Below, in pieces: positions 1 through 12,000 of a stretch of DNA of 64,000 bases. The position numbers and the translations under genes are program-made. The notes below the pieces were generated by a model that searched no databases, had not been told where the DNA came from, and was given only the letters and a program-made list of their open reading frames with translations. The stretch's first letter is position 1. Each line of letters opens with the position of its first letter. Source of the DNA: Octopus vulgaris (lineage: Eukaryota); contig OX597818.1 of assembly GCA_951406725.2 (NCBI GenBank), positions 89,404,001-89,468,000 of the forward strand. The letters run 5' to 3'.

Positions 1-20
1 TTCTCTCCAGACTTTTCCTC

Positions 21-256
21 TTTCTTATTTCTTTACTGCCCACAAGGGGCTACACACAGATGGGACAAACAAGGACAGACAAACGGATTAAGTCGATTAT
101 ATCGACCCCAGTGCGTAACTGGTAATTATTTAATCGACCCCGAGAGGATGAAAGGCAAAGTTGACCTCGGCGGAATTTGAAATCAGAACGTAACGGCAGG
201 CGAAATACGTCTACGCATTTCGTCCGGCGTGCTAACGTTTCTACCAGATCGCCGCC
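21..256 (-). mobile_element. SINE family A copy
   Basis: Reverse complement of the 18937 family. Other copies at 1409-1638 (TSD TGTGTGTTTCTTAAAT), 7195-7410, 19760-19930, 38680-38898, 48600-48815, 49092-49327, 50255-50475. Confidence 0.88.
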
Positions 257-389
257 TCTTTCTGACGAAGTCATGCTCGAAACGTCACACTTCCTCTTCT
301 TTCCATCTTAAACTGAGCATCAACCAAATACATTTCCTGTGTACATCCATTTGACTCTTGTTTTTGTTTTCATTATTGATTTACATGTG

Positions 390-450
<61 letters not shown>

Positions 451-1207
451 ACGTACGTACGTATGTATGTACTGACAAATACATGTTTATTGACAAAGGG
501 GAGAACAGCTGGATATGTGCTGGATTCTAACAGATCTGATGCAACCTGCGTTACTCTGCGTGTGTGATAATTATTATTGCACTAAACAGCATGTATGGGT
601 AATTTGAAATGTGTTCTGAGGCAAACATAACGTTTCTAGTGATCACTGCAAATGCTTGAACTAATATAAAACAAACACTTGTAGTTTCACATAAATTTCC
701 TTTCCCCTTTTGCTCACATACATATCCTCACCTATTGTTATCTAGTATATTGTATGTTATATCGACCATCTTATTGCTTCCTTCTTACATTACATAGATA
801 TGCAACCAATCATTAAAGCTTCTCATATATAATCCGTTTTGGGTTATTCAGTTGTTTTCTAAGATAAACCATCCATTTTATTACGTTTATCGTTCAGCCA
901 TTAATCCTTTCAACTTGCGAGTACGCTTTAACGGGGCCGATTTCGTTTGAATTACTTATGGAAGATGCAGAAGAGGGTAACCAAATGGTTTTGTGCTTAC
1001 GGCTTGCTAAATAGCAAAAACAGCGTTATTTTTCGGCTGTAAACTCGCAGGTTCAAAAGATTAATGATGGACTAAAGATTATCTCGGTTGCAATTATAGA
1101 CATACGTCGACTTCTTTAATGATATTACTTCTATATGATTTACGGAGATGTACTTGCATAGCAAGTGACCTGATCAGAGATCGTTTGCTAAAGCAAAAAC
1201 ACTTGCA

Positions 1208-1398
1208 CCACACAAAAACCGTTAGATTCACTTCAACATTTAAATTTAATCTGTGTCAAAATATTTTCGTTTTCAAACTGCGACCTGTTCTCTGACAAAA
1301 TTCCGTGATGCAGCGAACAGGTCGCGGTTTCAAAGCGACGAAAATATTTTGACAAATTAAATTTAAATGTTGAAGTGAATCTAACGGCTTTTTGTGTG
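1208..1398. repeat. Palindrome with ~80-bp arms (MITE core)
   Basis: CCGTTAGATTCACTTCAACATTTAAATTTAAT..GCGACCTGTTC / GAACAGGTCGC..ATTAAATTTAAATGTTGAAGTGAATCTAACGG with a ~25-nt loop. Confidence 0.8.
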
Positions 1399-2564
1399 TT
1401 TCTTAAATATATCTTTACTGCCCACAAGTGTCTAAACACAGAGGGGACAAACAAGGACAGACAAAGGGATTAAATCGATTACATCGACCCCAGTGCGTAA
1501 CTGGTGCTTTATTTATCGACCCCGAAAGGATGAAAGGCAAAGTTGACCTCGGCGGAATTTGAACTCAGAACGTAACGGCAGACGAAATACGGCTGCGCAT
1601 TTCGGCTGGCGTGCTAACGTTTCTGCCAGCTCACCGCCTGTGTGTTTCTTAAATGGCTTACAAACACCTTGCACGCTGCAATTGTTCTATATTATACTAC
1701 TGATATTTTTATGATCCTCCTCTTGCGTTATTTGCCAAATTTACTTTATTTCATTATATTTTTGTGAACTGTTCTGATAATGTCATCTTCATCACATACC
1801 CTTGTAACGAATAAAAGAAATCATTACTGAAATCATAAGCACACATGACAAAATGCGTTGTGGTATTTCTTCTGGTTCTTTAAGCAGAAAAGGCTGTGTG
1901 GTAAGTAGCTTGCTTACCAACCACATGGTTCTGGGTTCAATCCCACTGCGTAGTACCTTGGGTACCTTCTAATATAGCCTCGGGCTGACCAAAGCCTTGT
2001 GAGTGGATTTGGTAGACGGAAACTGAAAGAAGCCCGTCGTATATATATGTATGTGTATGTATGTCTGTGTTTGCCCCCCAACATCACTTGACAACCGATG
2101 CTGGTGTGCTTACGTCCCCGTAACTTAGCAGTTCAGCAAACAAACACGATAGAATAAGTACTAGGCTTACAAAGAATAAGTCCTCGGGTCGATTTGCTTG
2201 ACTAAAAGGCGGTACTCCAGCATGGCCACAGTCAAATGACTGAAACAAGTAAAAGAGTACTGAGATCAAATTCCACCAAGGTCAACCCTGCCTTATGGGT
2301 TCGATAAAATAAAGTACCAGTTGAACACTGGGGTTGATGTAATTGACCTACACCATACCCTAAAATTACTTATCTCAAGCCAGAATTTGAAATAATCATT
2401 ATCATAATCATCATCACTATTATCATCAACTTGGGAGGTAATTAAGACCTTTTCTTTCTACTAGTATGAAACAGGGAAAAATCTACATTATGGCTTGACC
2501 AGTTAGAAATACCAGTTAAATCTCCCTCAAAGCATACACGATCGTCTTTAAAATTTAGGACATA

Positions 2565-2970
2565 CTAGGCTGAGGCAAAAGATTTTTCGGATTTTCACTG
2601 ACGGTTTTTGACAACTTGCATCTCCATGTTATATCATTAATTTGATACAACTTGTCCAATTATTGTTGAATAGTTTGTTTTATTTTCATGTATAGCATAT
2701 AAACATGGTTTGTTCTTTATTTTACAGCTTTGACAACGTGTGATGAAAATTACAATTGGAGCCATTTTACGCTACCTGTGGAAAAATAAAAAGGGACTGA
2801 GTGCTAGGGTAACAGTGAAACAAATCAACGATGTTGAAGGCCCAGGAACTGTCAATGAACATACGACACAAAACTAGTTCAGATGTTCCAAGGAAGATGA
2901 TATCAGCCTCAAAGACAAACCTTCTGTTGTGGAAGATGTGGCCTTGTTTGAAATGGTTGAACAACAAATT
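2565..2970 (+). mobile_element. Decayed mariner 5' fragment
   Basis: Translates as VNEHTTQN*FRCSKEDDISLKDKP, resembling the mariner HTH region. Confidence 0.55.
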
Positions 2971-3194
2971 AACAGGTGATGGTAAATCAATTAATGCTCT
3001 ATTTACAATTTGTAAAACAGGATGAGTTTTTCGTAATGAACTAAGCATATTTATATTTAAATACCGTAATACAAGTACTCGTGCTTTGTCAGCAAAACTT
3101 GGTCCTTCACAAAGCATCTTCAATAGACACCTCCAGAAGCTCGTCCTTGTGAACAGACACTGTTGAGAAGCTCTTCATGAACTGACCAATGACC

Positions 3195-3229
<35 letters not shown>

Positions 3230-4225
3230 ACTGTATATGCTAGCATGAAAAATGGACGTTACAAGATGATGATGATGATGATATATATATATATATATAT
3301 ATATCATCATCATCGTTTAACGTCCACTTTCCATGCTGGCATGGGTTGGACGTTTTGACAGGGGACTGGCGAGCCAGATGGCTGCACCAGGCTCCAATCT
3401 GATCTGGCAGAGTTTCTACAGCTGAATGCCCTTCTTAACGCCAACCACTCTGAGAGTGTAGCTGGTGCTTCTACGTGCCACTAGCACGAGGGCCAGTAAG
3501 GCGGTACTGCCAACGGCCACGCTCAAATGGTGCTTTTACATGTCACCTGCACAGGAGCCAGTCCAGCGGCACTGGCAATGCCCTCGCCCAAATGTTGTTT
3601 TTCACATACCACCGGCACAAGTGCCAGTAAGGCGACACTGGTAACGATCACACTCGAATGGTGCTTTTTATATGCCACCGGCATGAGGGCCAGTCAGCAG
3701 CCCTGGCAACAATCACACTCGGATGGTGCTCCTAGCACTCCACTAGCACGGATGCCAGTGATACAGTGCTGTTATCGAATTATTATCATTTAACGTCCAT
3801 GTCCCTTTCTAAAATGTGTGTATTGGATGCTTTGCTATCGTGTTCCAATGTCAGCTTTGGTATAGTTTCTATGACTGGATGCCCTATGACTAGATGCTCT
3901 TCCTATGCCATGTGTATGTATGTATGCATGCATGTGTGTGTGTGTATGGGTGTGTGTGCATGTGTGTGTGTGATTATGGGTACATGCATGTGTTTGTTTA
4001 CATTTTCAGTGAGTGTTAGCAACATGAACAGCATCAGGCTGGAAAACAATGCCTGATCAAAACATTCATCTAACTCATGCTACCACAGCAAACCGGACAT
4101 GAAAATGAATGGAAAGAGTGAATTACAAAATAAAAATTTTATTTTGTAATTCATTATATAATAAAAAAACAACAAACATTTAAACAAATCATTAAAAATG
4201 TGTAAATAAGATTTTATATATATAT

Positions 4226-4321
<96 letters not shown>

Positions 4322-4365
4322 AGCAGACAGTATTTGTTTTATTCAAGTTTTAAATACATCAGTAT

Positions 4366-5427
4366 CTACCACATGAAACGTTGTGCATCTTTTACTCCAG
4401 GCCATGTGAATGTCTTGTAGACAAATAGATAAATAGTGATTGCATTTACAAAAGTGCTGACGGTAAATTCCAACAGCATCTTACTCAGGGGTGTGGGCAG
4501 CGGCATGTTTAACCGAAGCAATAAATAAGGAATTATGAAATAGCGAAACTCCAAGAGTTTCTGTGGAACCAAAGAGACAGTGATGCAAATAGCAAAAGCT
4601 ATTTTCCAAAAGATATTTTTCTTTTTTAAGTCTAAGTAAACTTGGCATATAGTGTACCAATAAATGGGAATTAGTAAGAATCGTACTAGGTAATGTCTTT
4701 TAAAGATTTTGGACCATACATAGAATGTATAGTGCCGATTGTCAGCTAGGAGGTACTCGTGTACGTATGTAAATTTAGCGATTAACAATGCAGATATGAC
4801 AGAGAAAGTGATGAAGCTGATGGGTTTCTGAATAGATTGTGAGAGCCAGTTGTAGATTTTTTGAAATGATATCAAATGTGGGCTCGCAAAAAATAAGACA
4901 GTCGACAGAAAGTAATAAATTTGAGGGAAGTTGAACGTGACTTCATGGTGACTTCTGTCACCAACAACAATGCCGTTGTTGATGTAGACAAACAGAAGGA
5001 AAAGAAGAGTAACAATTATATAACACCAAGTTTTCATCAGGATGGAGAGCACAAGCTCTACAATAACCCATGGATTCCGCTGAAGATTCACAGAGAATAA
5101 ATTGAAGAAAGTATGTAGCAGCAACCAGTCGTGTTTCCGCTGAGTTTTCAAGTTCTTCTTTTGCACAGCCATCCACTGAAGGAGAGTGTGCTGGGCAGAG
5201 ACACCGACCATAAACACAACCCAGATGATGTTCGTCTGGCGGAAGAGGATAGCTATGACACCGATGAGGGCAGCAGGTATAGTTTGGTGATGGAGATGAA
5301 GGAGGTACATGAGAAGTGTGAAGAAAGTCGAACCAGCATCAGTGTAGTAGAGAAACGTGAAGAAATAGAGCATTGGGAAGCTGCCCAATGTCGATGCCAC
5401 CAAAAATGTGTAACTGGAACTCATTTT
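4366..5427 (-). CDS. ALG10: ALG10 coding exon 3 (last)
   Basis: [56 protein letters not shown] and C-terminal QRFMW* motifs; acceptor ttttgcAG at 5428-5429. Spliced protein is 472 aa. Confidence 0.96.
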   Translation of the reverse strand, partial: KMSSSYTFLVASTLGSFPMLYFFTFLYYTDAGSTFFTLLMYLLHLHHQTIPAALIGVIAILFRQTNIIWVVFMVGVSAQHTLLQWMAVQKKNLKTQRKHDWLLLHTFFNLFSVNLQRNPWVIVELVLSILMKTWCYIIVTLLFLLFVYINNGIVVGDRSHHEVTFNFPQIYYFLSTVLFFASPHLISFQKIYNWLSQSIQKPISFITFSVISALLIAKFTYVHEYLLADNRHYTFYVWSKIFKRHYLVRFLLIPIYWYTICQVYLDLKKKNIFWKIAFAICITVSLVPQKLLEFRYFIIPYLLLRLNMPLPTPLSKMLLEFTVSTFVNAITIYLFVYKTFTWPGVKDAQRFMW

Positions 5428-6899
5428 CTGCAAAATAACAAAAGAGATCATCATCATCATCATCATCATCATCATTTAACGTCCGCTTTCCATGCTAGCA
5501 TGGGTTGGACGGTTCAACTGGGATCTGAGGAGCCTGAAGGCTGCACCAGGCCAGTCAGATCTGGCAGTGTTTCTACAGCTGGATGCCCTTCCTAACGCCA
5601 ACCACTCCGAGAGTGTAGTGGGTGATTTTATGTGCCACCGACACAGTGCCAGACGAGGCTGGCAGACGGCCACGCTCAGATGGTGTTTTTATGTGCCACC
5701 GACACAGGTGCCAGATGAGGCTGGCGAACGGCCACGATCAGATGGTGTTTGTTATGTGCCCACAGCACGGAGGCCAGTTGATGCGGTACTGGCTACGGCC
5801 ACGTTCGGATGGTTTTCTTGTATGCCACCGGCACTGGTACCACGAGAAATGTTAAACATATATGGGCCACTGACCTCGACTGTGGTCACTCAACAGTGTC
5901 AAATTAATAGTAGAACTTGAGGCAGTTCAGCAGCGCTATATCAAGATCACATCAATGGAACTACTGAGCTACTGAAAAAGACTGAAAGAGCTACAACTTT
6001 ACTCCCTGGTATGCAGTGATATATGGAAGATCATGGAGGTGCTAGCACCAAACTTTGGTATCAAGAGCTATATCAGCCCCCACACTAGACGTCACTGCAC
6101 TATTCCAAAGGTCCCATTTATCTCATCTAGAGTGAGGACCATGTGCTTCAATAACTTAGGATTCTGTATTTAAATGTGATATATAACAAGAAAAATTCAA
6201 ATACATATATGTAGAAAGGGCATCCAGGCCACGGAAAATGCTTTTACATGCCACCAGCATGGGTGCATGACACAGGTATCTGCCACAACTGCAATTTTGC
6301 TCGACTTGATGGGTCTTCTTCTCAAACACAACATAACGCCAAAGGATAACAGACGTTAAATGATGATGATGATGATATATACATAACATAAATGAGTCTG
6401 TGTTTAGATAAATATTTTTATATATAGGCATGTATAAAGATTGATACACAGAGAGAATACCCTTGACAGGACCTCTTACATGCTAAATAAAAAATTTATT
6501 TTTTATTTTGTTCACTCTAGTGCCATTAACAGTGGGCCTTAAGAATTTTTTTTTTTTTTGTGGTTTGGGTTTAACTACCCTTTTTAACATGTAAGAAGTC
6601 CTGCCAAGGGTCTTCTCTCTGTGTATAAATCTTTATACACTCTTATATGTGCACACATGAATCCCTGTACATGTGTCTATAAGTGCAGATAGTAGTTTGA
6701 ATTCCCAGCAAATTCTCAAGCAAAAACATTTCATTTCACATTGCTCAAGTCCACTAAGCTGTAAGTGGGTAATCCAGCAAGAATGACATCCTGTTGAGGA
6801 AGACTGTAGGCCTGCCTGCATGGTGGACACAGACACATGTAGGTGTGTCTGTGAGGGTGTGTGTGCGTGATTATGTGCATGTATGAATGCAGTACTTAC

Positions 6900-7088
6900 T
6901 GGGTGCATCCTGTTAAGCAGCAGAAAGATAAGGGCCACATTTCCTGTAGAGAAAAAGAGGTTAGTACATCGTAGTATGTAAGGGGTACAGAACATGTCCC
7001 CCTTGTTGAACAGCAGTCGACCTGGTATGGAGAGGGGAAGACTTGATGAGAGGTAGAGACCAGGTAGGGTCGTTATCATTGGATCCCA
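6900..7088 (-). CDS. ALG10: ALG10 coding exon 2
   Basis: WDPMITTLPGLY...LLLNRMHP; acceptor ttttgcAG, donor GTAAGT; 189 nt, phase 0/0. Confidence 0.94.
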
Positions 7089-7452
7089 CTGCAAAAGACA
7101 AAAGAAAAACAAAAACGTAAGTTATAAGAGTAAAAATCACAATGACAAAAACAAACTAGATGAAATACTAACAAGAATAATAATAATAATAATCTTTTCT
7201 ACTAAAGGCACAAGGCCTGAAATTTTGGGGGAGGGAACTAGTCGATTATATCGACCGCAGTATTTTACTGGTACTTAATTTATCAACCCCTGAAAGGATG
7301 AAAGGCAAAGTTGACCTCGTCAGAATTTGAACTCAGAACATAGTGATGGGCAAAATACCATTAAGCATTTCACCCAGCTTTTTAACAATTCTGCGAGCTC
7401 ACCACCTTAATAGAAGAAGAAGAAGAAGAAGAAGAAGAAGAAGAAGAAGAAG

Positions 7453-7485
<33 letters not shown>

Positions 7486-7587
7486 CTTTTCTGCTATAGG
7501 CACGAGGCCTGAAATTTGGGGGAGGGGATTAATCAATTACATCGACCCCAGTATGTATATATATATATATATATAGATATAGATATA

Positions 7588-7811
7588 GTTAATCCAAACA
7601 TGAACAAAGAGAAAACACAACAACGTGAGGACGTGAAACAAGTATAGTGTTATTGGACACTCAGGAAAGGAAAGAAAGAAGTAGGATTTAACGTTTCGAG
7701 AGGAGCTCTTCGTCAGAAACATAGAAAAAGGAAAGGTCCAAGGAAGAGAAGACAGAGAAAGAAAATCGCCAACGATACACATGCGGTCATATATTGAAAT
7801 GACCGGAAGGG
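7588..7811 (-). mobile_element. Short TA-flanked element with minimal hammerhead motif (7686-7720)
   Basis: Minus strand reads GTTT-CTGACGA-AGAGCTCCTCTC-GAAACGTT-AAAT; TA repeats on both sides; a related decayed copy lies at ~258-390 (+). Confidence 0.62.
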
Positions 7812-7820
7812 ATATATATA

Positions 7821-9051
7821 TTGGGTCATCCCATAAAAAATGCGGTTTTTTAAAAGTCCGAGGGGATGGCATAAACTACCTGCATCAACTTGCTATAAAA
7901 GCAAGTAGCAATTTTACCATGGCCTTATTATTAGTGCAAGTTTTGAAGTTTGCAGTTCGATTTTAACAATTATTTTTTCAAAGCTATAATGGAAGTGACA
8001 AAGGAGCATATTTGGCCATATTTTGCTTTATGAGTTCAATAAAGGCAACAATAGAAAATGCAAGGAATATTAATGCAGTATATGGGGATCAGATAATAAG
8101 TGTAAGTCAGTGTCAACGGTGGTTCCAGAAATTCCAAGCTGGAAACTACAGCCTAGAAGACAAGCCTCATCCTGAAAGATCTGTAGTGCAAACCCTGGTG
8201 GAACAAAATCCCAATGTAACTGTTGAGTACAAGCAGAAAAGCTTGGATTTGGTCATTCAACAATTCATCAAGACCTACATGCCATTGGAAATGTCAGTAA
8301 ATTGGGTCAATGTGTTCCTCACAAACTTTTTGAGTCTAATCGCACACAGAGAATGAATGTGTGCTCTTCTTTGCTGTCATGTCTCACAACTGAACCTTTT
8401 TGAGACCAAATAGTGATTGGTGACAAGAAGTGGGTTCTCTATAAAAATCTCAAGTGCCAAAGACAATGGATAGGGAAAGGAGAAATACCAGCACCCCAGG
8501 CTAAAGAAGGTCTTCACCCTCATAAGGTGTTGTTATGTTGTGTGGGATATGAAAGGTTTAGTCCACTTTGAACTTTTAAACCCAGACCAAATAATACCAA
8601 AGGAGATCTGCTTGAGCAGCTTAAGTCAGTACTAGAAGAAAAATGACCATCATTATTTTCAAGACAAAAGATGTTCTTCCATCAGGATGATAGTCATATA
8701 CAGTGAGGATGACATTCCAAAGGTTGAAGCAGTTTGAATGATGCCCCACCCACTGTATTCGCTGGACGTTAGGGTTTCATCTGATTATCATTTATTCGGC
8801 AGTTTTTAAAATCATTTGGACAGAAAAAATATGGATTCTGTAGACGAGGTCAGAACAGTACTGGAGGAGTATTTTTCATCAAGGACAAGTGAATTTAGGA
8901 AGAGGGACCTTGCAAGTCTACCAGATAGATGGAAGAGCATTGTAGAAAATGGAGGAGAGTAAATTTTTGATTAAAAAAGAATTTTGTTTATCTTAATTTT
9001 GGAAAATAAAAGAGGTATAAAAAAACCAGCATTATTTATGGGATGACCCAA
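7821..9051 (+). mobile_element. Mariner (Tc1/mariner) transposon, full length but decayed
   Basis: TIRs TTGGGTCATCCCATAAA / TTTATGGGATGACCCAA with TA TSD; 1.23 kb; frameshifted transposase from ATG 7989 (WFQKFQAGNYSLEDKP, IVIGDKKWVLY, remnants of the YSPDL..SDY region). Confidence 0.92.
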
Positions 9052-12000
9052 TACACACACACACACATACATAAATGCATGTATTGTAAGTGAGAAAGGA
9101 TCTGGAAATCCAGGTTAACTTTGGTTGTGGAGTATAAGATAACAATCGAAGAATGGAGTTATTGTTAGCATGTTTCGACAAAATACAGGTGACAAATCAT
9201 ATAGTATGTTAAGAAATATATTCATACATAGGTGCAGGAGTGGTTGTGTGGTAAGTAGCTTGCTTACCAACCACATTGTTCCGAGTTCAGTCACACTGTG
9301 GTACCTTGGGCAAGTGTCTTCTACTATAGCCTCGGGCCGAGCAAAGCCTTGTGAGTGGATTTGGTAGATGGAAGACTAAAAGAAGCCCGTATGTGTGTAT
9401 GTGTGTGTGTGTGTGTTTGTCCCTATCCAACATCGTTTGACAACCGATGTTGGTGTGCTTGTGTCCTGCAACTTAGTGGTTCAGCAAAAGAGATTGATAG
9501 AATGAGTACTAGGCTTAAAGAAGAGTAAGTCCTGAGGTCGATTTGTTCGACTAAAGGCAGTGCTCCACCATAGCCACAGTCAAAATGACTGAAACAAGTA
9601 AAAGAATAAAAGAATACAGGCATGGTGGTGTCGTAAAAAGCTTTCTTCCCAACCACCCACTCCTTGGTTCAGTCCCACTGCGTAGCAACTTGGGCAAGTG
9701 TCTTCTACGACAGACCCAGTTTAATCAAAGCCTTGTTAATGGATTTAGTAGATGGAAACTGAAAGAAACCCGTCATATATGTGTGTGCATGTTTTTTGTC
9801 CACCACCACCGCATGGCAACCAGTGTTGGTTTCTTTACATCCCGTAGCTTAGTGTTTCGGCAAAAGAGACCGAAAATGTAAGTACTGGGGTCAAATTTGT
9901 TCGACTAAACCCTTCGAGGAAGAGCTCTAGCATGGCTGCAGTCCAATGACTGGAACAAGTGAAAGGTACGATGGATATAGTTTTATTTAACCGACGCATT
10001 GCCCTCTAAAAGTATAAAGCAAAGTTGGATTGAACAGGATTTGACCTCAGAACGTAAAGAGGTGAAACTAAACCTCAGCTATAATTCACTTAACGCTGTT
10101 AACTAAAATGCTGCTTTGCGTCTTCTAAAGTGCAGAGAAAAAAAAGGGGGGGGGCTATCAAGGGAGAATACTTTGTATAATTCCTATTGTAAGTTGTCTC
10201 CCTTACTTTCCGCTTATTTTTTAAAAATATAAGTGATAATTTCATGCAACTTTATGTGCATCCGTAAAAGAAAATGTCTTATGATATTTCCTCCGGCTCG
10301 TTATATCCTAAATTCATTAGTTCAAGTCCTGGCGATGTCAACTTCGCCTTTCCATCTTTTCGGGAGTAATAAAACAATAAGATTCAGTTAAGTACTGGGG
10401 TCGATGGTTTCAGCTAACTCCTTAAAAGTTGTCCTTGTGCTTAAGTCAAAAACAATTACTTCCGGTTCAATATAGTGTGAAAGTAGCATTGGTGACTAAA
10501 ATTATTCTTCTTACTGGATTTCAGTCTTATACTGATCCCAATTTCCAAGCTATGGCCAAACTGGAGTACATGGCTGTCCGTTCGAGCGGACTCTACTGCG
10601 ATTTTTAAACCCCAAGAGGACATCTCTAGCAGGTTAACGATGCACAGCTGCATCCGATAAAATTGTGAGCAGGGGAGCGAACCCCTACCATCTCCTAGCA
10701 ACAAGACCAGTAGACCAATTCTAGTTTCGGGTTATTTCTGCCACTCCTCAGTACTGGACACCTCATCTGCTAGAGATAATAACAGCTCGCTTCTGCACGC
10801 AATAAATATATATATTTCAAGCGAACACACAGTCGCTGATTTTGCAACAAGCAAAAATAGTGGAGGACTATCATTCAATTTAGCCCCAGGACAACCCTGG
10901 TCAAGCATTCCGGCCATGAGCATTCTGTCGTTTTGGAAATATGTATAACAACACTGTTATACGGTAGTGTAATGAGAGAGAACGGGCTGATATTTCTAGT
11001 GAGTCAAGCAACCACATAGAGGTTACCATATTGAGAGTCCAGATTTATTTCATTGTGTAGCATTATGAGGGTCATCCAGTTGTAGAAATCAAGCCAAATC
11101 AGACTTGTTGCACCTGGCTTGCTTGCCAACCCTACTCAAACCGTCAAACCCATGGCAGCATAGAAAGTGGACGTTAAATGATGATGATAATATATATATA
11201 TATATATTGGGCTTCTTTTAGTTTCTATCTACCAAATCTACAAGGCTGTAGTAGAAGACACTTGCCCAAGGTGCCGTGCAGTGGGACTGAACTATGTAGC
11301 TGGGAAGCAAAGTTCTTACTACACTGCCACGATTGTTTATTTTCAGAATAACATTGTTGAGTAGGTGTGACAGGCCAGCTCTGGCTAGTTTGAACATCAA
11401 ACAAGTAGAATATTTTGGGTTGAAAGTGGCCTGTTTGAATACTGTATGGTTAAATCTCTTATTGGCCATCAAGTGACCTATTCAACCTGCTTCTGTACTG
11501 AGACATGATTTAGAGGCTGCAGCATGGTAGATATAAAAGTGTGGGAACCGTAAGTGAAATAATGGTTAATAAGTTTTAATCTGACACATGTAGTTATAGT
11601 AAACATGACAAATATGACACATAATGACAGACACTAATCAAAACATTCAATACATAATGATTTACTAAAACATAACACGATAAAGGAAATTGACCTGCTA
11701 GAAATTACAGCAAATAAAATCACTCTCAAATTTCACTATGATTTATAAGATTGAAGAAGGACATTAGATAGTGTAGCCTGAAATAAACTACTTGAAAATG
11801 GTTAGAATGTCTTTGATCAAAAATATGGTGAATCAGAGCTGATCTAGCACTACACTACAACAACAATAGATGTAGACAGGATACTTATATCTCACCTACT
11901 TAATGTCATAACACCAATAAATGCTTAATGCAATGACAATAGCCATAGAGTTGCACATAGGTCCTTGATATCTTTGCACCAATAGCTAAAAAATGGGATG

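Noticed and set aside
3465-3750. CRISPR-like repeat-spacer array
   Set aside because: Eukaryotic context, degenerate repeats, mutually related spacers and no cas genes; these are internal subrepeats of a dispersed element.
5428-5475. Poly-Met N-terminus of the 369-aa ORF
   Set aside because: (ATG)n tail of repeat family D in intron 2; the true exon starts at 5427.
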